A DNA stretch of 64,000 bases from Selaginella moellendorffii (taxonomy: Eukaryota; Plantae; Lycopodiophyta): contig NW_003314276.1 in the NCBI RefSeq assembly GCF_000143415.4, forward strand, positions 2,479,072 through 2,543,071, read 5' to 3'. Under the pieces are notes generated by a model. It was not told where the DNA came from, did no database searches, and saw only the letters and a program-made list of their open reading frames with translations. This document shows positions 25,936-36,923 of this stretch, in pieces (within the stretch, counting starts at the first letter, position 1; every line of letters begins with the position of its first letter). The position numbers and the translations under genes are program-made.

Positions 25936-26681
25936 ATATAAGTAATTAAAGGGAACAACTTGAGACATGATTTATAAATGTTTAAATATAAAGGGAAAGG
26001 GCCCATGAACAAGAGTGCACCCCTTTTTCCAATCAGTTAAGAGTTTTAAGATATTTGGGGTTAAACGTCCTTGGGTTTGAATAGTACTGGGCTGGGTGAC
26101 CTCTCGGGAAGTCCAAATTCAGGAGTTTACATTTGGTATCAAAGGGGTTTCAAGTCTGACTTTATTGGTTGGCTAGGGGAATTACATTATACATTGATTA
26201 ACATTTGGCTGGTCTACTTTGCTCCGGCTGGGCTCAACCCGAAGGGTAGGGTGTCAAGAGAGCGGGGCTCTCCAAAGAGTTGCAGCTTTCAACTTCCGTT
26301 CATGAGGGGGGACAAAAGTGCACCCCCTTTTTTAATCGGTTAAAGGTATTGGGATATTTAGGGTTAAATGTCCTTAGGTTTGAATAATATTGGGATAGGT
26401 GACCTCCTAGGAAGTCTAAGTTTAAGAACTTACATTTGGTATTAGAGGGGTCTTGGGTTTGACTTTGTTTGTTGGCTAGGGTAATCACACCACATTGTGA
26501 TTGACATTTGGTTGGTCCAATTTGCTCTAATTGGAAAGGCTAGGGTGTCAAGAGAGTGAGGTGTAAGCAACCAAAGAGAACGACTTCAGAGACGGTCTAT
26601 GGGGTTCAAATATAAAGGGAAAGGGCCCATGAACAAGAGCACCCCCATTTCCAATCGGTTAAGGGTCTTGGGATATTTGGG

Positions 26682-26735
26682 GTTAAGCGTCCTTGGGTTT
26701 GAATAGTACTGGGCTGGGTGACCTCCCGGGAAGTC
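26682..26735 (+). promoter_or_regulatory. 5S rRNA-derived Pol III internal control region in the TRIM LTR (also at ~26060, ~26360, ~27345, ~27835)
   Basis: GTTAAGCGTCCTTGGG...AATAGTACTGGGCTGGGTGACCTCCCGGGAAGTC matches the box A / IE / box C portion of plant 5S rRNA. Confidence 0.88.
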
Positions 26736-26767
26736 AAAACTCAGGAGCTTACATTTGGTATCAGAGC

Positions 26768-27084
26768 GGTCTCAGGTCCAACTCTGTTGGTTGGCTAGGG
26801 GAATCACACCACATGTTGACGGTCTCAGGTCCAACTCTGTTGGTTGGCTAGGGGAATCACACCACATGTTGACGGTCTCAGGTCCAACTCTGTTGGTTGG
26901 CTAGGGGAATCACACCACATGTTGACGGTCTCAGGTCCAACTCTGTTGGTTGGCTAGGGGAATCACACCACATGTTGACGGTCTCAGGTCCAACTCTGTT
27001 GGTTGGCTAGGGGAATCACACCACATGTTGACAGTCTCAGGTCCAACTCTGTTGGTTGGCTAGGGGAATCACACCACATGTTGA
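26768..27084. repeat. 53-bp tandem repeat, 6 near-identical copies directly after the PBS
   Basis: GGTCTCAGGTCCAACTCTGTTGGTTGGCTAGGGGAATCACACCACATGTTGAC at 26768, 26821, 26874, 26927, 26980 and 27033. Confidence 0.95.
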
Positions 27085-27899
27085 TTGACATCTGGCTGGT
27101 CCAATTTGCTCCCGCTGGGCTCGACCCGAGGGGTAGGGTGTCAAGAGAGCGAGGCTCTCGGGAGAGCTGCAGCTCTCAGCTTCCGTTCACGAGGGCATGA
27201 ACTTGCAGGGAAGCGTGGTGGATTGTAAGCAACCAAAGAGAACAACTTGAGAAACAGTCCATGGGGTTCAAATATAGAGGGAAAGGGCTCATGAACAAGA
27301 GTGCATCCCCTTTTCCAATCGGTTAAGGGTCTTGGGATATTTGGGGTTAAGCGTCCTTGAGTTTGAATAGTACTGGGCTGGGTGACCTCCTGGGAAGTCC
27401 AAACTCAGGAGCTTACATGAGGCTCTCGGGAGAGCTATGGCTCTCAGCTTCCATTCACGAGGTCATGAACTTGCAACAAAGCGTGATGGATTGTAAGCAA
27501 CTAAAGGGAACGACTCGAGAGACGATTTATAAAGGTTCAAATATAAAAGGCTAGGTGACCTCCCAAGAAGTCCAAATTCAGGAGTTTACATTTGGTATCA
27601 AAGGGGTCTCGAGTATAACTTTGTTGGTTGGCTAGGGGAATTACACTATATGTTGATTAACATCTGGCTAGTATAGTTTGCTCCGGCTGGGCTTCACCTG
27701 AGGGGTAGGGTATCAAGAGAGCGGGCCTCTCAAGAGAGTTGCGGCTCTTAACTTCTGTTCACGAGGGATAAAAGCGCCTATAAACAAAAGTGCACCCCCT
27801 TTTTTAATTGGTTAAAGGTATTAGGATATTTAGGGTTAAATATCCTTGGGTTTGAATAATACTGGGCTAGGTGACCTCCCAGGAAACCTACATATTGTG

Positions 27900-29450
27900 A
27901 ATGCTGTGATCTCCTACTGCTCATCTTGGATCACTTTGTGATCCCAATACTACTTCTAGTATATTCAAAACCTAGTGATGTAGTCGGGGATAGACTTGTG
28001 AGCACCTTGCCAAAACAGAAAGAGATCGACAAGTAGCCAATTTGTATGTTTCCCTTTAATGAAATGTTCCCTGAGAGAAGTAAGTAGTGTCTAGAAGTCT
28101 ATTCAGTCCTTTGGGTAAAGAGAATTTGGAGGAGCTCTTTGATGCAGCTCATTGACTTAACAATGACAAACACAAGTCTTGCAAGTGTTTGAGGAGTCCT
28201 TTTGTCAATAATTGTTGTGATGATCACCATGGACACAAGGATGGAAACAAGTATCACAAGCTGACTACTTCAGATGCAAAGGGGTCAAAGAAGTAAAAGT
28301 TTTTTGTGAAGAATTATAGATAGGGTTGTCATCATTGTAGTGAGCTTGGACACTAAAAGGTTAATTGTCCATAATTGAAGAACAAATAGTAGGGCAAAAA
28401 AAATGGCCAATCTTCTATTAATAGTAAGTTAGATACTAAAAAGTTGTAAACTTTGCAATGTGATGATGATGGGGATGATCATTTCAGTTGGAGGAAGAGG
28501 CTTTTGATCATTACTCATCAACTCAACTGTGTGTGGAATAAGATAGAGCTTGAAGACACTTGTGCATCAGCTTTAATGCTAGAGAGCATGTTCCGTAGTA
28601 AATTTTATTGAATAGTAGGAGCAATGACAATTTTGTTTTGGCAAAGTTTGTTGAGGAGCATGGCTTGGTGACATGAGGAGTTCTTCCATACACATTGGAA
28701 GGTGCAACTACCTTTGCTCAGCTTGTGTAAAGGGACTAGAAGTGTTGATTGGCAAAACCACACTTCTGGAGACTTTTTATCTCACAAATATCCATTGTGT
28801 GGATTTTATTCTTGGGATGCATGGTTGGTGAAGGTGGATTCAAAGTCAAAGTGGAGTATTAAGTGCGTTTCACTAAAGTATAGTGGCATTAAAGATGTAT
28901 GGTTTGGAGAGAAAGTTCAACCTTCAGTTGTTATACTCTCCATTACATCTTTGAAACGGGCTTATTATAATGGAAAAGCACTTTCAAATTACTTGCTGTT
29001 TGTTCATGATTTGGGGGACCGAGGCACATATAGGAGAGAAGCAGTAATATGGGATGTATTTGATAAATTTTCCAATGTTTTTCCATTTGAACTTCCTCAT
29101 AAGTTGCCTCTATTATGATGTGTGGAGCATGAAATTACGTTAGAGCTAAGGATGTAGCCAATTTACCTATGTTCATTTCGGTTGAGTTATATAGAGGAAC
29201 AAGAAGTTTAACGACAAGTCAAGAGGTTACTTGATTTTGGATTTATTCAGCCAAATTAGTCTCCGTTTGGTGCTCCAGTCTTGCTTGTGAAAAAGGATGG
29301 TTCAATATGGATGTGTATTAACTACCGTACCTTGAACAATAAGATAATGAAGGATAAAATGTTGATACCACATGTGAATGATATCTTAAATAAGTTTGGT
29401 GAAGCATGAGTGTTTACTAAAATCTGATTTGAGTGGATATCATCATATTG
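27900..29450 (+). mobile_element. Old Ty3/Gypsy remnant (gag/PR/start of RT); appears to resume at 49538-50402
   Basis: FSNVFPFELPHKLP and SPFGAPVLLVKKDGSIWMCINYRTLN; later KCEFAMSKMKYLSHIV...MDPKK, a PPT and an LTR starting at ~49961. Confidence 0.7.
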
Positions 29451-29596
29451 TGTTATTCAACAAGATCTCTTTACCGTAGAGCCAGATGGTTCCCCTGCTT
29501 GGATCCATTGCCATCTGCGAGTAAAACCACTCTTCCTCCGGAGATGGTCTGATCAACCCTTCTCTGAGCAATTTGAAATTACCTCCCAGTTCGCAG

Positions 29597-30651
29597 TCAT
29601 TGAACCAGGCACTGTCGGTGTTCTTCCCCTCGCACCTTGCCTTCTTTGCCTTGAGCTAGGAGAGAAGAACTTGCGATTGCTGTCATCCTGGTTGCATTTT
29701 CTCTGATGGTGAACACTGTCAAAAATGCAACCATCGGCTCCAACTTAGAAACTCTAATCACGTTTTCCTCTCTTTTGGCTTTTCCTCCTGTAAACGACGA
29801 TTCATCCTGACCATTGCTTCCACATGCCAACGGTTGAGGTCCCACTTTGGTGCGAAAAATGGTTGCCCACAGAAAAATAATTGGGACTTAATATCTCGGC
29901 CACTGTGCAGCGAAATTAATGGTCTTAATTTAAGCTCCGTCGTAGAGTAGGTGTCCCCACTGTGATTGGATTGGGATGCGTCCCTGATATCTCTCACTTT
30001 TTGCGCCCACTGCACTGCATTAACCATCTGCTTTAAAAGTATGCTCGCCCAATCAATAGGATATTCATTGTGGAAGTGGTGAAAGATCCACATCACTTCC
30101 AGTCTAACTCCTTGTAGTCCATTCTTATAATCCAACGCATGTGCCAGTTTGACTATCCATCTTCGGAATCCAGGTGCCAACGCCTTCTTGCCGTAGGACA
30201 AACGGGTTGTACTCCCCAGATCCTTTGTCCGTAAATACGGTTCCAACCACTTGATGTCAGTTGGAATTTCTCATGTAGGATCGACTTCTCCTCCTACCTG
30301 AGGAATGTCGAACGCCTTTCAAATTTTTGCTTCGGTCACCGGTGTTTCTCTTCCTTCAAAACACAACATCCTTTGCTCCACGTTGAATCCTCTCATTGCA
30401 TACTCCGTGATCTCCTGATAGATGTTGACTTGATGTTGTCCATACTTGTGCAGCGGTGTCCTCATGATCCAATGCCAATCAAACTCCTTTTCTGGTTTTC
30501 TGTATGTATCCCGCAGTTTCATCTTAACTTCCATTTCGCCAGTGTCTTCATCACTCGATTCCTCCCAGTGTACTTCCGTATGCCAGGCTTCTACTTCGGC
30601 TTCTTCCTCCTCTGGCTCTTTTTCTGACTTGGACTCCTCTTCATCTATCAC
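29597..30651 (-). pseudogene. Additional ORF downstream of integrase (Athila ORF2/env-like position), frameshifted
   Basis: Acidic N-terminus, then YPIDWASILLKQM; same strand as pol; in three broken pieces. Confidence 0.5.
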
Positions 30652-30725
30652 TGGTAGAGGCTCTCCCAGACTTACCTGACTGTCCGTCTCGGGCAGTAAG
30701 AGCAGATGGTTACGTCACAGCTTGG

Positions 30726-33700
30726 TCAGCTTTTTGATGTTGGTGCTATATCGTTCGGTTCCTCAAGTAGTACATTGCCGTTGAGGTTAACCTCACGCAC
30801 AACATAGGGACCTTTCCACTTGGGCACAAACTTATGACCAATAGGTTTGATCTTACCCTGGTAGTGATATACCCAGTCACCAACACAGATAGGATCCCGT
30901 TGATGACTGTGCATCACACGATCATGCCACGCCTTCTGCCTTGACTGCATAGCGCAGATGTGGTAGTGCGCTTCCAAGTGCTTCTCGTCCAACTTCCTCG
31001 AGTTGTTGGAGACAGTGCTGAAGAACTTTGACGTCTCCGAGCCGATGCTCCATGGCAATTCGAAGTGAGGGAACAATGAACTCGGATGGGTGTAATCGCT
31101 TCCAGTCCGTATGTGAGTTGGAACGGTGTTTGTCCTGTAGCTGTTTTGTAAGAAGTGCGGTAAGCCCACAAAGCAGAGGTTAGTTTGTCATCCTAGTCCC
31201 TCCTGGACTGGTTAACGATTTTGCCCAGAATGGTCTTCAGGATTTTGTTAGTGGCTTCTGCTTGTCCATTTGCTTGAGGATAGTAGGGTGCTGATAACTT
31301 CTGTTTGATGTTGTACGCCGTGAAGAGATGGTTGATCACCTTGTTCAAGAAGTGTGTACCCCGGTCGCTGACGATTTCCAATGGTACACCATACCTTGTA
31401 ACGATGTGTTGGTAGAGAAAGTTTGCCACTCGTCGTGCCTTACAGTCAGGTAATGCGACAGCTTCAGCCCACTTGGTAACGTAGTCGGTGATGACCAGAA
31501 TGTAGGAGTTGCGGCGACTGCTTGGAGGGTTGATGGGTCCCATGAAATCCATGCCCCACTTCATAAACAGCTCCAATGGCATTGTGGGTTGGAGTGGTTG
31601 AGCCTGTTGTGCAGGCGCTGCAACGTATCTCGTACAAATGTCGCACTGATGACAATATTTGGTGACATCTTTGAACAAAGTTGGCCACCATAGTCCGGCT
31701 TGTAAAATCTTTCGTCCGGTTGTTTGCACAGCAAAGTGTCCTCCATGTGATCCTTTGTGTGCTTCCTAGATGATGAAGTTCGTTTCCTCGGGTGAAACAT
31801 ACTGGCGTAGGACCATGTCCTTTCCCTCCTCTAACGATAGAGTAAGGTTGAGACTTAAGTAGGAAGGTCTTGTGCTCATCCCATGTTTGAATGTGGTTGG
31901 GCATCTGCCCAGTCTTGAGATAGTAGTGGATGTCGACGATCAAGTTTTCATGATCCAGCTTGTATACCTGAACCTGAAACAATGAGGCGTCTGGAAACTC
32001 GTCAGGTATTCCTGTTGGTGGTTCTCCCGTAGTAATCCTGCTGAGATGATCTGCTTGCTTGTTCAATCGTCCTGGTCAATGGATGATCTCGAAGTCAAAT
32101 TCTTGTAGGAGTAAGAACCACCATGCCAACCTTCCAGTTGGATTCAGCTTGTTGAGAAGATGGAGTAGTGCCTGGTGATCGACTACGAACTTAATGTGGT
32201 TGGCCAACAAATAGTGGCGGAACTTCTTGATGGCATATACCATTCTGAGACACTCCTTCTTGGTGGTCGTGTAGTTGGACTCCACTGGTGCCAACCTCTT
32301 GCTGGCGTAGTAGATTGGTCGGTCCTTGCCGTCATCTTGAGTCTGTGTGAGCACGCATCCAATCGCAATGTGAGATGCATCTACGAGAACGTTGAACTCA
32401 CGGTTCCACTTGGGTACCGCGAGAATTGGTGCTTTGGTGAGGGCGGTCTTCAGGAACTGGAAACTCTGCTGACACTTGTCCGTCCAGTCATACGGGTTAT
32501 CCTTCTTGAGTAGTTCCGTGAGTGGTTTTGCTATCATAGCATACCCTTTGATGAACATGCAGTGATAACCCAACTTTCTGAGGAACCGTCAGAGTTCTCC
32601 AATGTTGGTTGGAGGCTCCAAAGTCCGGATTACCTTAACTTTGTTGTTGTCGATGAGGATGCCATCTTTGCAGACCACATGTCCTAGTAATACTCCGGAC
32701 TTGACAAAAAAAGTGCACTTCTCCGGGTTAAGAGCGATGCGATGTTGTCGGCATCTCTCAAAACACTTGGTGAGATGCTCCAGGTGTTCCTGTTGTTTAC
32801 CGTATATGCTGAAGTCATCTAGGAAGACCTTCGTGAATGTACTAAGATATTTGCGGAAGGTTTTCGAGACTAAACATTGGAATGTGAACGGTTGGCATAA
32901 CTCAGTAGGCATATGCTCCCAATGGACTAATGAAAGCTGTCTTGTGTTGATCCTCTAGTGCAACCAAGACCTAGTTGTACCCGGAGCATCCATCCAAGAA
33001 GCTGTACATCTTATGTCCAGCGACAGAGTCGAGAATCTCCTCTGTAAAAGGGATTGGGTGGAAGTCCTTCACCATGTTGTCATTCAGCTTCTTGTAGTTG
33101 ACGCAGATGCGCAGCTTGACATTCTTTTTTGGTACGATGACAATGGGTGACAGCCATTGTGCATTTTCAATTGTGTAGATGAACTTGAAGAAGCTTATCG
33201 ACTTCCTCTTTTACCTTCGTCATAAAAGTGGGATTCATTCGGTATGGTGCTTGATGTTTGGGTGTGCTGATTGGAAGAAGTTTGATCTGATGTGTACAGA
33301 GCTCTGGTGGAACTCCCTTGAGGTCGCCATAGTTCCATGCAAAAACATCCTTGTACTGTCGTAGTAGTTGGTACACTTGCTCCTTAAATCCTCTTGGTAG
33401 AACTTTGGCAATCTTCAGTTTCTTGGACTCTTCCGAGGGATCAGTCAAATCGATTTCCTCCAACTCTTCATTCGTATGCATCGCCAATGTCTCGTCTCGT
33501 TGGTCAATCAGTTTTTCCACTGATTCTTCTCGCACATTCTTCGCACTTGGTTTCACGAACTTCTCTGTGAGACCCAAGTTCTTCATGGCGTTCGTGGAAT
33601 CCACTGTCATCTGGTACAGATCCGCTTCTGCAATCTGCACAAGATCGGGATTACATTTTAACAGAGTGTCCTCATCCTCATTGCTCAATCCGGACTGCCA

Positions 33701-34051
33701 GTCGTAATCCTCAATGTCGCGCGGGGTACTTGATTTTGGTAGTCGCGTTTTCGGATTCAAGGATATCAGTAACTGCTGATCATTCTTTTGAATGGTTAAG
33801 GCATTTGCTTCCCAGTCATGTAGGACTTGTGCCTGATGTAACCAAGGTCATTCGAGGAGTATTTGGTATGGGCGTTTCATACTATTCATCCTCAACACAA
33901 TTAGGTTGTTTGAATAGTGGAAACCTCCAACCTTCAGTTGTACCCCTCGGAGAATCCCTGTTGGAAGTACCTTACTTTGATCCGCCATTTGGACCAAAAA
34001 GGGTACTGGATCCGCTGGTCCCAACCCATATCGTCGGTACGCCTCTTCCAT
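30726..34051 (-). pseudogene. Gypsy pol (C-terminal protease, RT, RNase H, integrase), fragmented
   Basis: RICVNYKKLN, FLDDFSIY, VDASHIAIGCVL, KWGMDFMGP, IVSDRGTHF, PQANGQAE and WKGPY motifs. Confidence 0.92.
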
Positions 34052-34462
34052 AGGGGGATGGTCCAAAGTTGAGTTGAGCTCACGAGTTGAGCTCAATTCA
34101 GCTCAAGTCAATGCCAGTCAACATAGTCAACGATAAGTTTTATAAGGAAATATTAAGTCAGAAAAATGTTATTCTTTGGTGAACTTGAAATTTATGAATT
34201 TAAGTATCAATGGTTCAGAGAGATTTTTATTTTTTGAATCTTTCTAATGCAGTTTATACAATTTCTAGAATTAGAAGTTCGTCTGAACCCATAGAAATTT
34301 TTGGGCTTTATTGGTCCTAAATAAAATGGGAACATTGAAGTTCGAATGAACCGGAAAATTTCTATTGTACATTTCAACATTTTAACATTTCAACAATTGA
34401 CCAGAAATATATAAATAATTCGAAACACTGATTCACTCATTCATTCTTTAGGGTTTACAGAG

Positions 34463-34708
34463 ATGGGAAGCAAGGAAGACAAAAAATCTGTAAGTAGTTC
34501 TAGCATACAGAAATGTGAGAATGTGAATTTTGTTTCACTACCACAATCTCCATATTACACGCCTGGTCCTTATTACCCATCCGGGAATGTGGAGACCACT
34601 GTCACTATTGATAAAAATGCTCCTGTTACTTCCAAAATAACAATCCAGAGCAAGAGAAAAGAAGAAATGGACAGCACAGCGGAAAGCACTAATAAATCCA
34701 CTCTATAA
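34463..34708 (+). CDS. Small Ser/Thr-rich hypothetical protein (81 aa) inside the MULE
   Basis: ATG ~50 bp after TATATAAATA; its 3' end is also present in the 12.2-kb copy; no recognisable domain. Confidence 0.4.
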   Translation: MGSKEDKKSVSSSSIQKCENVNFVSLPQSPYYTPGPYYPSGNVETTVTIDKNAPVTSKITIQSKRKEEMDSTAESTNKSTL

Positions 34709-35148
34709 ACCTTTCAATGGCTTTTGTAATCCGCTAAAATATTATAAAAAAATGTAAGTTTTTTATATATATCTTATTCCTTTTGATATGTTTTGTCTTT
34801 GCAAAGATATATGATGTAGACAAATCAAAGAATTAAATCTATATATGATTTTGGGATTGAAAGGTAATCTTGCAAAAAGGCATACTCGCGAGCCTGTGTA
34901 TATTTGCTATTATTATATATGGCAGGCCAACTATATAAAATGAGGCTACATATTAATTATATGCTAGTTTTTAGCTTCTAAAACCCTATAGCCACTTGTT
35001 TCTCATAGTAGGTTGTAATTACTAAGACTAACAATTATCATTCACTATAGTGTCATGTCATAATAAAACATCATTCCCGAGATTGAAATATAGTATATTA
35101 ATGAGAGAATTCTTATTGCTAGGAAGTTTAATTCTTCTTGTGTGTTGC

Positions 35149-35703
35149 AATGGTTAGGAAGAAGTTTACTTTTGGTCCCGAAGGCCTTTCATATGAGTCT
35201 CCACCTCCATCTCCAATCTCAACTAATAATCCACCTTCACCTCTACGCAACGATCCTCCTTTTCATTTTGAGGGTTGTTATGAGGTTCTTCCATTTGCGA
35301 CTTCGAGTGCAACTGAACAAAAACTCCTTCCTTATGATGTTGTTAAAAAAGTTGGATTGCCTCCAATGCTTCAAGAGCGATGTCAATATTTTCTTCAAGA
35401 TCTTGCTCCAGATATGGTAGGGGAGCTTAATGTAGATACATATTATCTTCAGTGTCCTATATGCAACTTTTATTTAAACAAGACAGATGGTTGCATGGGT
35501 TTGGTAAATTTTATTAAGCATTGTCGCAAATGCCCAAGAGCGGGTTTGGAAGGTGTGCACGCGTGGATGTATAAGAAAATCAAGAAGAATTAAAAACACA
35601 CAGCTATTATGATTTCATGGTGGAGAACAATATTCCATTGGTGAACACTGCATCAGTAAGTGCTGAATATGGGATATTTAGGCCACCCTTTAATGTAATG
35701 TGA
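35149..35703 (+). pseudogene. Zn-finger accessory gene copy 1 (frameshift near 35587)
   Basis: Paralogue of 35962-36510. Homology continues past the premature stop in another frame (FMVENNIPLVN...SAEYGIFRP). Confidence 0.75.
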
Positions 35704-35961
35704 AAGTCATGCATAGTTTTTTCAAAAGGTTAATTCTTTATGAGTAAAGTGGAGAATCTTATATTTTCGAGAATGATATTATTCTAGCATGTATAAAGAT
35801 ATTATTATATATACAAGTGGTTCTGACACTGTTATAATTTTGAAGTCCCATTTTTGAGACTGACAATTTAAACTTTCAAGAACCCCTAGATCTTTTTTTA
35901 GTATAAATACCAACAGAAGATGCTTTCAACATTGAAATTTCAGTTTGTTTAGAGTGTAGGA

Positions 35962-36510
35962 ATGGCTAGGGAAAATGCTATTGCTACTCGCACTTGGCCC
36001 CCATGCATTTCATATGAGTCTCCACCTCCATCTCCAACTTCTACCAACATTCCACCATTCCCTCCATACATCAATCGTTGTGAGGCTTTTTCTTTTGTAG
36101 CCCCAAGTGTGACTGAACAAGAGATCCCTCTTCCAGATAATGTTCTAGATGTTGCTACTAAAGATGGATTGCCTCATGTGCTTCAAGAGCGATGCCAGAT
36201 GTTTCTTCAAGATCTTGCTCCCGATATGGTTGAAACTTTTGAAAGAATGAACACATATTATCTCCAGTGTCCCATCTGCTACTTTTATTTAGATAAAACG
36301 GAAGGCTGTATGGGTCTAGAAACTTTTCTAGAACACTGTCACAACTGCCCAAGAACTGGTGTGGAAGGTGTGCATAAATGGATGTATAAGAAAATCAAGA
36401 AAGAGTTAAGAACACACAATCATTATCATTTCATGGTGAAGAACAATATTCCGTTAGTAAATCCTACATCCACAAGTGCTGAATATGGTATTTTTAGGCC
36501 ATCCTACTGA
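35962..36510 (+). CDS. Zn-finger accessory protein copy 2 (182 aa; CPIC...HCxxC...H), function unknown
   Basis: Intact ORF with TATAAATA ~60 bp upstream; Cys/His residues conserved with the paralogue. Confidence 0.75.
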   Translation: MARENAIATRTWPPCISYESPPPSPTSTNIPPFPPYINRCEAFSFVAPSVTEQEIPLPDNVLDVATKDGLPHVLQERCQMFLQDLAPDMVETFERMNTYYLQCPICYFYLDKTEGCMGLETFLEHCHNCPRTGVEGVHKWMYKKIKKELRTHNHYHFMVKNNIPLVNPTSTSAEYGIFRPSY

Positions 36511-36923
36511 AAATTCCAGCCACTAATAATTCTTACACTATGATATTATTCATCCCCCCCCCCCCCCCCCCCCCTAACAAAATTGTATTACCTATAGATA
36601 ATAAACTGATAATACTAGTAATTATGAAATTTGACAGACTGACACTGTAACTTTGTCATCTCTGACACTGACACAGTCTCTGTCACTGACACTATCACTG
36701 TCGCTATCTGCTACACTGACATTGTCAGTGTCACAATCATTATCACATTGACATATGACACATCTTTCTTATTGCATTCAATTGTCTTTTAATGTATCAT
36801 TAATAAATAGATTTTTCATACCACTCCTCAATTTACACATTGCATATGATGTGCCATGCATACCTAGGAAGACTTCTAGAAAACTAAATATATATTATTT
36901 ATAAGTTTTTAAAACACCATAAA

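Larger units (their letters stand above)
26562..27417 (+). mobile_element. Intact Cassandra-like TRIM nested in the older array
   Basis: LTRs 26562-26753 and 27224-27417 (TGTAAGC...GCTTACA), PBS TGGTATCAGAGC at 26756, purine-rich tract before the 3' LTR, TSD TGAGG on both sides. Confidence 0.92.
25937..27885 (+). mobile_element. Tandem array of Cassandra-like TRIMs (LTR-PBS-internal units, at least 4 older LTR copies)
   Basis: Repeating 5S-like segment followed by (C/T)TTACA-TTTGGTAT(C/T)A and a short non-coding internal region. Confidence 0.88.

Noticed and set aside
26682-26735. 5S rRNA gene or array
   Set aside because: Only the ~55-nt internal promoter part is present, embedded in LTRs; the 5S ends and terminator are missing.
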